Part shown: positions 17,489-28,000 of the stretch, in pieces
Numbering within the stretch: the stretch's first letter is position 1
Layout of the letters: each line of letters begins with the position of its first letter
Origin: Candidatus Heimdallarchaeota archaeon B3_Heim
GTDB taxonomy: Archaea > Asgardarchaeota > Heimdallarchaeia > Hodarchaeales > Hodarchaeaceae
Reading direction: 5' to 3'
Assembly (NCBI GenBank): GCA_003144275.1
Contig: NJBF01000002.1
Location: 60,001-92,000, forward strand
Length of the DNA stretch: 32,000 nt
Made by a program: the position numbers and the translations under genes
The notes under the pieces: model-generated
What the model was told of the DNA's origin: nothing
The model's database searches: none
The model's input: the letters and a program-made list of their open reading frames with translations, nothing else

Positions 17489-17607
17489 TCTTTTTATTGA
17501 GATTTGATATTTCGAGTATTTAAATTAGGGAAGGAATAGATATTGAATATATCTAAAAGGAGAGAATATTTTTTAAACTTCAAAGTTAATGACTAATAGG
17601 ATGTAGG

Positions 17608-17802
17608 ATGTCCGATCAGGTAAAATTTCTACTTCGAATATTACTCTTAGGTTTTATTCTCATTGTTACTATTGTGAGTATAGTTATGCCAGAAACTTCC
17701 CAAATAACAATTATAAGGGGTGCCTCAATGCTATTACTCATATTAGGGGGAATCTACACGATAATCAATTATAATAAAAGATTTTCATTTGCGCCCGAGT
17801 AA
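17608..17802 (+). CDS. Small two-TM membrane protein
   Basis: Two hydrophobic stretches (FLLRILLLGFILIVTIVSIVM; GASMLLLILGGIYTII); AGGA upstream. Confidence 0.75.
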   Translation: MSDQVKFLLRILLLGFILIVTIVSIVMPETSQITIIRGASMLLLILGGIYTIINYNKRFSFAPE

Positions 17803-17806
17803 CCTA

Positions 17807-17989
17807 ATGAATCAATTCTCATTCGATCTAGATGACTCTAATGTGATCACATTTCAGTAGTATGAACTGAAAAGACTGGAAACGAGTTATTGTAGACATT
17901 ATCAAGAGGAAATTTCCAATTGTCCGATTAAATGTCCTTATTTCTCAAATAAAACCGATACTACCACAGTGATTCTGGTTGAAGAATAA
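17807..17989 (+). pseudogene. Small Cys-containing ORF interrupted by an in-frame TAG
   Basis: MNQFSFDLDDSNVITFQ-TAG(17858-17860)-YELKRLETSYCRHYQEEISNCPIKCPYFSNKTDTTTVILVEE; starts 4 nt after the previous stop. Confidence 0.35.
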
Positions 17990-18163
17990 ACTCTGTTCTA
18001 CTGATCTGGATTGCACAATGCTTAAAAAAAGGCGGCTTTTTAGGGTATTTGGGGCATTTTTTGAATGTCGGAGCATGTTTAACCTATATATCAGAATTTT
18101 TTAGAGTTCTCCCCTAACGGATGGGAAAAACTTCATTGCGGATATTTTAGATTTAAAGAAAAA

Positions 18164-18616
18164 ATGTTTAGTCTCAATTTCACTATTATAATCTATCCAA
18201 ATGACACAGTTCAGGTTTCAACAAAGAATAAAAAGCAGCCATTCTATACAAAGGGTGATCTTGATTCTTTTTTTAGTATTATTAGAATTCTACTCAAAGA
18301 TTATGTTAAAGAAAAGAATTTTGTTGAAAAATTTAAAATTAAACAATGGTCAAAGACAGGAACTTATCCTGGTAAACTCTCAATTCTTACATGTAATTAT
18401 TGCGGATCAAAAGACTTATGGTTGAATATTCAAGATAAGAATCAATATTGTCTCGACTGTGGTAATAGGAAGCCAGTAAAACTTTCAGCACTATGTCCTC
18501 TTTGTGAAAATGAATTAATATATTTAGAATATGCTGCTTTATATTGCGGAAGATGTAATAAAAGTTATTATCTCAGGAAAGATAAGATTATTCTCAGATT
18601 TTCTCCTATTGAGTGA
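18164..18616 (+). CDS. Double zinc-ribbon protein
   Basis: Four CxxC pairs: CNYC, CLDC, CPLC, CGRC. Confidence 0.85.
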   Translation: MFSLNFTIIIYPNDTVQVSTKNKKQPFYTKGDLDSFFSIIRILLKDYVKEKNFVEKFKIKQWSKTGTYPGKLSILTCNYCGSKDLWLNIQDKNQYCLDCGNRKPVKLSALCPLCENELIYLEYAALYCGRCNKSYYLRKDKIILRFSPIE

Positions 18617-18619
18617 AAT

Positions 18620-18739
18620 TTGATAAAAAAACAAAACATCATTGAGATTATTGGGTTGTCTCTGGCAATTTTCTTTATTATACTTACTAGTGCCTACGTG
18701 CAAATTTTGTGGGGAAGAAATTGTTTGGAGAAAAGTTGA
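18620..18739 (+). CDS. Possible 39-aa single-TM peptide (MIKKQNIIEIIGLSLAIFFIILTSAYVQILWGRNCLEKS)
   Basis: TTG start 3 nt after the upstream stop; one hydrophobic helix. Confidence 0.3.
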   Translation: MIKKQNIIEIIGLSLAIFFIILTSAYVQILWGRNCLEKS

Positions 18740-18841
18740 GGGAAAGTCAGTTCCTCATAATCCAGATCTATGATTATATCCAAGCTGCCTCATTGCGACG
18801 TTCCTTTTAGTGAAAGGCGAGCTCTCTTGAGTCATAAATGA

Positions 18842-19099
18842 TTATTTCCTCCCACCTGCAAATAGGATCCCCCCGAGTGTAAACAAAAGAATCACGCCAA
18901 CTAGGGGAATCTCAAGTGTACCTATTGTGATCTGAGATGCAATTATTTTTCCCAATAAGACCCCAATATCATCTATTGGAGAAGAAGTTCCCTTGGCTTG
19001 ATTTTCCAAGATATTCCAAAGGAGAACTACAACTATACCCAGAGCTATTAATAAAATTATTTTTCCCAATCCAGATTTACTTGTTGATCCGCGATTCAA
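18842..19099 (-). CDS. Small two-TM protein (about 85 aa), candidate virion membrane/capsid protein
   Basis: The track starts this ORF at 19195, but a GGAGGT RBS (19109-19114) lies 9 nt before an in-frame TTG at 19099. Two hydrophobic helices with a short polar loop and basic termini. Confidence 0.7.
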   Translation of the reverse strand: MNRGSTSKSGLGKIILLIALGIVVVLLWNILENQAKGTSSPIDDIGVLLGKIIASQITIGTLEIPLVGVILLFTLGGILFAGGRK

Positions 19100-19122
19100 A
19101 GAATTGTGACCTCCATACTCAT

Positions 19123-19272
19123 CTAAAACGCTTGGTAGTCTTCCCCGAGTTCTTCTCGTAATTTTTTTCGTAAAAATGCAGACAAATTCAGGCACTTCTC
19201 CCGGGCTTTTTGGAGTAACTCCTTCTCGAGATAGAGATGAACTCCAACTTTTTCATCAATTTCTGAGCTCAT
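19123..19272 (-). CDS. Ribbon-helix-helix DNA-binding protein (CopG/CcdA-like)
   Basis: From ATG 19272: KVGVHLYLEKELLQKAREKCLNLSAFLRKKLREEL, an alternating beta strand followed by two helices. Confidence 0.82.
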   Translation of the reverse strand: MSSEIDEKVGVHLYLEKELLQKAREKCLNLSAFLRKKLREELGEDYQAF

Positions 19273-19359
19273 GACTATACCTGTCCATATATATCCAGAT
19301 ATACGCGGGATTTTATAAATAGTTTGTCTTTCAGGGGAATTTCTGCGAGTTGACTTTTC

Positions 19360-19584
19360 ATGACTGAACAATTGAGTAACCACTTGATCCTAGAAAAAAT
19401 TGGTTCATCAAAACTCATCAAGGTAATCGTTCCCCCGAAACGAGCGATCTTGATTTCTGACGAAAATTCCCTGTTATTAGAACAATACAAAGACGACGTG
19501 GACTATACAATCTCTATGGCTTTGAATCGGGCGTTAGATGAATTGCGTGAATTGAAAACCAATCAGCGAGGACATAGCAAATGA
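19360..19584 (+). CDS. Small protein with RHH-like C-terminal half
   Basis: RAILISDENSLLLEQYKDDVDYTISMALNRALDEL fits the RHH pattern; first gene of the coupled operon. Confidence 0.65.
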   Translation: MTEQLSNHLILEKIGSSKLIKVIVPPKRAILISDENSLLLEQYKDDVDYTISMALNRALDELRELKTNQRGHSK

Positions 19585-19898
19585 TTTCAAAACATAAAGT
19601 AACATTGTTTGTATTAAACCATGGCTCATTGCTTCTAAAATGCATTTTAACTTTCTTTGTCATTTATGCAGGGATTCTTCTAGTCTTTATTTTGACTGAC
19701 TCTGTTCCTCCTGACCCCTTCCTAAAAATTATAGGAATATTTATTGTTATTTTCACTATTCTATTCAGTTTTGTTATGTATACCATAGAAAACAACACCT
19801 ATCAATGGCACGAATATTATCGAAGATTTTTCACTAGTTTAGAGGAAAAATACCCCCAAATTCTTGAAGAATTATCAAAAGAAAGAGAGAGGAAGTGA
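19581..19898 (+). CDS. Two-TM membrane protein
   Basis: Two long hydrophobic segments; ATGA overlap upstream and GTGA overlap downstream. Confidence 0.85.
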   Translation: MISKHKVTLFVLNHGSLLLKCILTFFVIYAGILLVFILTDSVPPDPFLKIIGIFIVIFTILFSFVMYTIENNTYQWHEYYRRFFTSLEEKYPQILEELSKERERK

Positions 19899-22800
19899 CT
19901 CCTGTGAGAACTAAAATGCGAAAAAAAGTAATTCCACCACTAGTATTATCGATAATAACGTTTTCATTCCTCGGGATGATGGTCCAGAAATCGATTGACT
20001 CGAATGAAGTGTCAGTTCGAGACCCAATTTTTGTTGAGGTTTCGCCTCTTAGGGGTGAAAATCAGACTTATTCTCGTCACACAAATTATAATAATAAATA
20101 CTATTATGACAAAATAGAGCAAAATACTCAAGTTGCAGGTTTTGGATCTAGCATAATAGATTCCAAGGTCTCGTCCGATATAACTGTTGATTCGGAGGGT
20201 AATGATACTCGTATTTGGATTGTTGATCCGACAGGGCAGATTGATGGGTATTATATTGATATTAATAGTAGCTATCAAGAATTAAACGCATCAAGAGGGC
20301 AGACTTACCAACATTATTATAATACTTCAAGTAACGAGTATTCTGTTTATTCTTCATCATTAGTTAATAAAACAGGTATTATTGATAATACTGATTGGGT
20401 TACAGCAGAAGAATACCCTACTCAGTTTATTATTCGATTAACAGACGGCTCTATTATTACTTCTAGCAATTTAACACAAATTTCTAATTATCTTTCGTCA
20501 TTAGATAATACAACGATCTGGGCAGTAGGGATCGAAGGAATTGCTGGTGTTATGGCTTTCTATCTAAATTTTGCCGATTTTGACTGGGGACATGGGCAAT
20601 ATCTTTATTACCCACGATTATTGAATGGACAATTGCCTAATTTTAACCAGCCACTTTATGCGATCTACCCACATCTCTTTGCCAAACTGACTGGAACGTG
20701 GTATGATAAGATTTTAAATGATCGTTCTCTTTATCAGGGAGTTGTAGATCCTCGAAATACTTTACATACTAGTATAACGGATGATACATTTGAATTATAC
20801 TATACTACATATGGGATAACGATTATGGGAAGAATTTGGGACTTTAAACACGGTTTCAAATTTAACCTTACTGATCAGTTGTTCCACCAGATTACTGAAT
20901 TTAGGTGTAGGAATCAGGACTTCGAGGACGTCGGGATGGGATATGAAATAACCAGTAGTCCGCAGAGCGATGGAACTCCTTATCAGCCAGATCATTTTCT
21001 TTTAAGTAATGAAACTGACGAGTTGTCGATAGGTATTGCACAAGCATGGCAAGCTGGAATCTATTTGGAAGATTTTTATTCAAGAATAGAAATAATTTCC
21101 GAAAATAATGAAACTATGGTATTTACGTTCTCTGATATGGAGGACGCAGGGTTTACCCAAAAATATCTAGAACTTCATGATCAACTAATGCCTGATGGCT
21201 CGACCCGAAAGACCTTATTAGCAGGGATGTATGGCTTTGGTGCTTACTCTGTCAATACTATTATTGAAATAGATCCTGTCACAGGGACAAAATATTCAAC
21301 GGACGATTCAGATCTCTATATAGACGGATCCACGTGGAGAAATGTAGATAATTTTATATTCAATGGATATTACAACGATGCGGATGAGATGCGTTCTTTC
21401 ATTGCATTCAATACAGGCATAACTACCGTGGTATTAACAACATCTGACGAAGTAATTCAGTGGAGGTTCGGATTGGAAACCATGGAGGCAACGGAAGCAG
21501 TATGGGCGAAAGCCTACAATATTCGTGGGAATTACGATTCCAATACTGCTAAAGAGTCCTCAAATAGTTACTCCGATACAGCGTATTATGGCCCAAATAG
21601 ACAGATATGGCTAGATGGAGATGATGCTTCTGGCTATTCGATTTGGCGTAATGACGATTCTATTATCGATGACTGGATGGATAATCGAGAAGCAGCAGAT
21701 AATTATATTTCAATTCGTATGTGGCCAATTGGTGCTGATCCAGGAGAAAACGATCGGATTGGAGTATATGACCAAAGTTTTGCTGGCAATGCTTACGCTC
21801 CGAAGATGTCGTTTACGTATACTGTGCCTAATACTAGTCCAGTATGCACAATAGATGCCTATCCATCGGGTGATCAATATGCAGGTATTGCATTCTCCGC
21901 AACAATGACAGGTACCGATGCTGACGGGCAGGCGGACTTGAATATTTTTTATATGGTATTTGGGGATACGGCTGGAGGCACTAATAGTTTTCGATTATAT
22001 TATGATTCCGACAATTTTGTAGATGACACGCAATTTACGGCATTAATAACAGTGAATACTGCCAGTCCATATAAATATTCAGCTACAGGTATACCTAATT
22101 CTATTACTAATGGTTGGCAGGTCGTTTGGACGTTGGTTGTTAAATTTGGGTATGCTTATTACGATGATGGTGGAGCAGGGTATAATTTAATGGATGTATG
22201 GGCTCTCGTAAGTGATGATTCAGCTGCCAGTTCTAGTTGGAAGGATGAGCAATCAGCAGCGGATATTGAAGATGATTTAGAGGCTGTATCTTTAACTGTT
22301 TCCTATCCTGATGCGTATGAATATGGAGGAACAGCAAGTCAGATAGATGATAGTGATTGGTTTGCTGGTGGTCATACAGCCACGGCATCTGGATCTATAG
22401 AATACGAAGGTTTTAGTCAAACATTTGATTCAGATTATGACGCAGGAGATGGCCAAACTGTTCAGTTGTGGTTTAATGCAGGAGATCTAGGTGATGTATA
22501 TGATGATGCTGATATTGACGCTGGAGCATACTCTATTGCCTTTACACCGACTGCAGGGACGGATTATACTGATGATACGATTGACGCAGACTGTGATTGG
22601 GATGTGACGATTCAAGGATCTACTGGGTCTGATGTTACAGCAGCTGGAATAGCAATAGAATCTAGTAGGGATAATGAGTATCCAGATACTACATTTTCGT
22701 CTATTACTGAAAATGCACCGCACACGTATATCTATTATCCTGGAAGTGGTCAAACAGTCTATTTTAGTGATCTTATGGGTGCTACAGATCAGTTATTTAC

Positions 22801-25030
22801 TGTTGTAGTTACTGCATCGGATGGATCTGGTTCTGATATATATGCAGTCTCATTTTCTGCTTGGGATGATGAGGTCTTATGGGATGATACAACGGATCCT
22901 TATTCAAGACAATACTCAACGGACTCTACAGAATCAGTTGGTTCAATAAATATTTATGCTAAGGATAATGTTGGTAATGCTGATGCATCAGCAGTCACTA
23001 TAACGATGACGGAAGATCTAGTAGACCCAACTTTAACTGATGCTATGTCTGGATATTCTGAAGGAGGAGATGTTGATGAGATATTTGGAGTAATAGCAGA
23101 CAACGAGGCATTCTTCTCTGATTCTTTTGACACTGACGGAACGATGACTTTTACTGCCACTGGGACAGACGGAGGAGCAGGAGTAAGAGGAATAGATTTT
23201 GGGAGTTTTGGAGCGGACAATCCTGCTGAAGACACAGAATCACCTTACACTGGTCTTTATACGATCAATGATGATGACAGCACAGGATCAATTACTGTTG
23301 TAATTTATGATAATGTGGGAAATGATGCTAGTGGTTCTATTACGATGACGGAAGATGCAGTAGCACCAACAGTTACTATAACATGGAATTTTAACGATAA
23401 CGATTGGGCTATCATGTCTGGATCGGACTATGGCTGGACTAATATCGACTACACTGTTGTTCAAGATACCGCAAGTGGGCTACAAACAGTTTATCTAAAT
23501 AGTTATGACCATTCTGCTAGTGCTTGGAAAACTGCTAGAACAATTGCTTCAGGACTAAATGGTGATACCTCGTCTAAATCTTATTTAGATCAATATAGAT
23601 ATCATACGGATACTGGTGAAACGACAGGAACATACGTCGATGACGAATATGATAATACACAAGATAAATATTATGCTTTTGCAGATGATATGGTCGGAAA
23701 TAGAGGAGGAACAGAACAATATATTAGATTGGATCGGACAGCTCCCACTGGACACTCAGTTGTTATGGAATCAGGAACTTTTTATGCAGATATAACTAAT
23801 GATAACACTCCATTATTGACTGGATCCGATGCTAGTGATTCAGGATCTGGTTTATCTGCTACTCCTTACTACTTTGCTTGGAGAGTGAATGGAGGAGGGT
23901 GGTCTAATTCAGGTTATCAAGCTGGTAACACTTGGAGTCCAACAGTTACTGTTTCATCTATAGATTACGATTTTACCCTTCAAATTCAGGATGTGGTAGG
24001 AAACACAGGAGTTTATGCTAATGATTATGAAAATACTGTAGACCTAATAGACCCTGCTTTTACCAATATTGGAGGCTCTGAATCTTCTGGTTATCTCTAT
24101 GCAGTTGGAGCAACTATAGATAATGGTTATTACTCAGATAATATGGGAGCTACTCCTACAAACTTTTTAGTGATCGGTGATGTGACTGATAATTTTGGTC
24201 TAGAAAAGGCAAATGGGTCGTTAGCTTTTAGTGATACTCCTGATGATACTAGCATTACTGGCACTTCTGATAGTTTTAGTCTTACTTATACAATAACAAG
24301 TGGGTATTCTGGTGCCAAGGTAGTTACTCTAACTCTTTATGATCAGGCAGGAAATTCAGTACAAGCCACCTATACTTTCTATGAGGACAACATACCACCA
24401 GAATCTAATGTCATTTATACTAATGAATTATATAATTCTGGGATTCCAATAACCGTATCCAATCTAGCCACTGATTCTGGAAGTGGTATAAGAACCACGG
24501 ATGGGTACGAATGGTGGGTAAACCAAACAAGAATATATGGAACACAATTTACAACAAGTAATTATTACACTTGGAATATCTACAACTTAACGAATTTAGT
24601 ATTTTATGGTGCTGTTTATGATAACGTAATGAATTTTAGTAATGCTACTACTAAAACAGTAATTTATATTTTTATTTTGATTATAACATCTCCACAACCA
24701 GAGATCGAAGAAATAGAGACGACCGAATACTATAATGACGAAGATGTCTACTTGGATGATACCACCACAATATATAAGATAATTAACGTGGATTATAACG
24801 ATTTTACATCTGTAGAAGAATATGATCTAGAACTAGAAGAGAATATTATTATGAACGAAGAAATTAACGTAACAGAAAAACCAGATGAGATAAAAACAGT
24901 TGGAGTAATCAAAGTAGAAAAAATAGAATCGATTACGAACATTAGATATACAATTGGGACTATTTGCTACTTTGTTATGGTTTCTATCAATATTATGTAT
25001 AACAGTAACAAGAAAAGAAGGAGAAGATGA
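19895..25030 (+). CDS. Giant acidic surface protein/adhesin with Ig-like repeats, 1711 aa
   Basis: N-terminal signal/TM, Asp/Thr/Gly/Tyr-rich beta composition, recurring D-x-x-x-P boundaries (EDLVDPT, EDAVAPT, LDRTAPT, DLIDPAF, EDNIPPE), C-terminal TM followed by KKRRRR. Confidence 0.88.
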   Translation: MTPVRTKMRKKVIPPLVLSIITFSFLGMMVQKSIDSNEVSVRDPIFVEVSPLRGENQTYSRHTNYNNKYYYDKIEQNTQVAGFGSSIIDSKVSSDITVDSEGNDTRIWIVDPTGQIDGYYIDINSSYQELNASRGQTYQHYYNTSSNEYSVYSSSLVNKTGIIDNTDWVTAEEYPTQFIIRLTDGSIITSSNLTQISNYLSSLDNTTIWAVGIEGIAGVMAFYLNFADFDWGHGQYLYYPRLLNGQLPNFNQPLYAIYPHLFAKLTGTWYDKILNDRSLYQGVVDPRNTLHTSITDDTFELYYTTYGITIMGRIWDFKHGFKFNLTDQLFHQITEFRCRNQDFEDVGMGYEITSSPQSDGTPYQPDHFLLSNETDELSIGIAQAWQAGIYLEDFYSRIEIISENNETMVFTFSDMEDAGFTQKYLELHDQLMPDGSTRKTLLAGMYGFGAYSVNTIIEIDPVTGTKYSTDDSDLYIDGSTWRNVDNFIFNGYYNDADEMRSFIAFNTGITTVVLTTSDEVIQWRFGLETMEATEAVWAKAYNIRGNYDSNTAKESSNSYSDTAYYGPNRQIWLDGDDASGYSIWRNDDSIIDDWMDNREAADNYISIRMWPIGADPGENDRIGVYDQSFAGNAYAPKMSFTYTVPNTSPVCTIDAYPSGDQYAGIAFSATMTGTDADGQADLNIFYMVFGDTAGGTNSFRLYYDSDNFVDDTQFTALITVNTASPYKYSATGIPNSITNGWQVVWTLVVKFGYAYYDDGGAGYNLMDVWALVSDDSAASSSWKDEQSAADIEDDLEAVSLTVSYPDAYEYGGTASQIDDSDWFAGGHTATASGSIEYEGFSQTFDSDYDAGDGQTVQLWFNAGDLGDVYDDADIDAGAYSIAFTPTAGTDYTDDTIDADCDWDVTIQGSTGSDVTAAGIAIESSRDNEYPDTTFSSITENAPHTYIYYPGSGQTVYFSDLMGATDQLFTVVVTASDGSGSDIYAVSFSAWDDEVLWDDTTDPYSRQYSTDSTESVGSINIYAKDNVGNADASAVTITMTEDLVDPTLTDAMSGYSEGGDVDEIFGVIADNEAFFSDSFDTDGTMTFTATGTDGGAGVRGIDFGSFGADNPAEDTESPYTGLYTINDDDSTGSITVVIYDNVGNDASGSITMTEDAVAPTVTITWNFNDNDWAIMSGSDYGWTNIDYTVVQDTASGLQTVYLNSYDHSASAWKTARTIASGLNGDTSSKSYLDQYRYHTDTGETTGTYVDDEYDNTQDKYYAFADDMVGNRGGTEQYIRLDRTAPTGHSVVMESGTFYADITNDNTPLLTGSDASDSGSGLSATPYYFAWRVNGGGWSNSGYQAGNTWSPTVTVSSIDYDFTLQIQDVVGNTGVYANDYENTVDLIDPAFTNIGGSESSGYLYAVGATIDNGYYSDNMGATPTNFLVIGDVTDNFGLEKANGSLAFSDTPDDTSITGTSDSFSLTYTITSGYSGAKVVTLTLYDQAGNSVQATYTFYEDNIPPESNVIYTNELYNSGIPITVSNLATDSGSGIRTTDGYEWWVNQTRIYGTQFTTSNYYTWNIYNLTNLVFYGAVYDNVMNFSNATTKTVIYIFILIITSPQPEIEEIETTEYYNDEDVYLDDTTTIYKIINVDYNDFTSVEEYDLELEENIIMNEEINVTEKPDEIKTVGVIKVEKIESITNIRYTIGTICYFVMVSINIMYNSNKKRRRR

Positions 25031-28000
25031 TAATGAAGTTAAGTAAGACATTCGCTCTAATGCTATCATTAATCGTTATATTTTCATTTTTGAACAGCTT
25101 TAATTTACTTGAAAATGAAAATATTGTTGAAACAACAACTATAGACAAATTGACAGCAGAAGAAAACACTAACTCCGATTTAAACACAGAAACACCAGAA
25201 ATAAATAACTTTGAGAATAATTTTTTAGAGGAAAATGATCCAATTTCTGCCTCTGTTCAAGAAGTGGCTTGGAAGACTGCAGAGACAATAAAGACTGATC
25301 ACTACTTTAATAACCAAACTCCAGAAATCTTGAGTGTTTGGGCTGGTTATTCAGAAGATACATATAAAGATTCGGAACTTATATGGGAAACAGAAGTTGA
25401 TGATGTTAATTGGGATGAAATATTTAAACTAGATATAGATAATAGGTCCATATTTTGGGATAATAGTCTTACATTTATACGTCAGAATGATACCTATGCG
25501 TATAATATGTCCATGCTAGCAAGTAACTTACCACTTGGGTCAGTACCACTTCCGAGCAGAGCTACATTCTTTGAATTTAACCTTAGAGTGTTAGCACGGC
25601 ACGCAGGAACTTTCTATGTAAATACTTTCTATACGACAACAGACGAAGATGGTACTGCGCCAGCAGAATACGTAGAAATTTACTCAGACATTGCCTTCCC
25701 AGTTGATGAAAATTATATGGATGCTGAAGGGTATCTATATTACCGTTACCAAGTAAAAACTGTAGGTGTAAACACTGCAGGTTATGGGTTTACTGGTGTA
25801 AATATAACGAATAAGGTATTCAACGTCAATTCACAACTCTATGAGACAATAGACATTGATACAATTGGATTAGTTGAAGAAGCATGGTTGACAGATCGTA
25901 TAGAAATAGTAGGATTACAATATACTGTTTTCGTCCCTGACGTTGTAGAATCATATCCAAGAGCTGAGAGACTACAAACTAGCTCCGAAACCTACAATTT
26001 GAAATTAAAAGTAGATAGTTTTGACTATGGTACTCAAATTAAGATATACACTCCTACCAGCATTGCTGGCGAGTTTTATGAGTATGTTATTGATCCAGTA
26101 CCCTCTAGTTTCGGATATGATGCTTCTAACAATCTTTGGATTAACAATACCGTTCCTACAATATATCAAATCACGTTTCAGATAACAACAGAGAATAATT
26201 ATTATGCTGTTTACGAAACAACACCTCGGTATTTATATGATCCGAATTTTGAAGGCACGTGGCAATACGATTGGGCAAATACGTCAAGTGATGAATGGAC
26301 TGTTGATTTAACGTCAAGTATCATTTTTGATGGTTCACTTGCTCTCAATTTAACTTCTGACAACGATATAAGCACCTACTGCTCACTCGACTCCTATGTC
26401 TATCCTGCGGAATATACATTCACCTTCGCCTACTACAGGACAACTAGCAGTCCTATCTATTTCTATTGGTGGGAGAACGATGGTTGGCAATACGAAGTAC
26501 TAGAAACAATTACAGACAGGTGGATTAAACATATAGAACGATATAATATCACTGGTGATACTGGTGGCTACAATATTGCCTTTGTTACCTCATCTACCAA
26601 TCAAGAAATCTTTATAGATGATTTTAAGACTTGGGAAGCAAATGGTCAGGTCAGAACTACTGGTTATGCCAATAATCTCATGGAGACTGGTATGTTCGCT
26701 ACTATTCGTAATATTGATTTATACAATAATCCTGCCGTACCATACCATCCAGTAAATATTAAACTACGAGACAGATCATCAGATTCAACCATGCTTTCAT
26801 ACAATACTATTACAGATGCTAATGGTCGAATACACGTCTCGTTCACACTACCATCCTCTAATCAAATGGAAGAAATGGAGTACACATACAGAATCACTTC
26901 ATTAATCACCAATGAATATACTGATTCACATTTCACTCCTATACAAGTAGAGTATTACGACTACTTCATGACAGAGAATTATACCAATTTTGGTATCGGA
27001 GGCATTGATTTTACCGAGAACTGGGATGACGGAGCCACCTACACCAATGCTAATGATAATCAAACACTAGGAGTAAATATGATTAGTCCTATGGGTACGG
27101 TTACCGATTTTAGAATTAAATTTCATGACCTAGATGACATTGATGCCGATTATTACGAATTTGTTAGTATAAGATTGAGGACAAATGTCAGCGATTTGTC
27201 AGTATCTCTCTATAACCAAACTGATCAATATATTGGTACTTTAACGAATTTACCATTAAGCACTGGTGAATTAGATTGGGTTACGGTTACGTGGAATCTT
27301 ACTGAGGTTTCCTCTTGGTTTGGAATACAGGGAGGATTTGAACTCAGATTTGATGAAGTCGGAGGTGACGGTCAACCAGAAGCGGATAATTTCGTTTGGA
27401 CAGACCAAATTCGTCTTTATTATATTGATGAACCTTTACTCATTGATACTGCCACATACGGGTATTTGAGTACTGTGTATAACCAATTTGTGTATTATGT
27501 AGTGATTGACGGCACCGCTCAACAATATGTGTTTGATTTAGATCCATTTTTATACGATTTAACAGTAGATAGTCATGAAATAACCATTATTCCATTCCTC
27601 GATTTAAGCAGGAGACATTTATGTTATATTCACGGTGAAACCATAACCTTAGAGTATGATGTGGCCGAACCAGGACTCATGAAAATTATCTACCATGACC
27701 AAAGTGGGTATATTCTTGATTTTGATATGTTTAAGACCTATATTGATGATGTTCGACTGTATGAGCAGTATGTCTATTTCCTAAATACATCCATGGTCTT
27801 TAATTTGACGGTAACTGATATCTTTGATAATATCGTTTACCAGAATACTACTGCGACCTTTGAATACTTCAGGGAGATCCAAATTACTCTGTATTCCATA
27901 AAAATTCAAAACCAACAGGAATATCCAATCTGGATTCAGTTGAAACGAGGCACTAAGACCTTTTCTGAGGCTGTATTCCCATTTGAAATTGTAGAATTCC

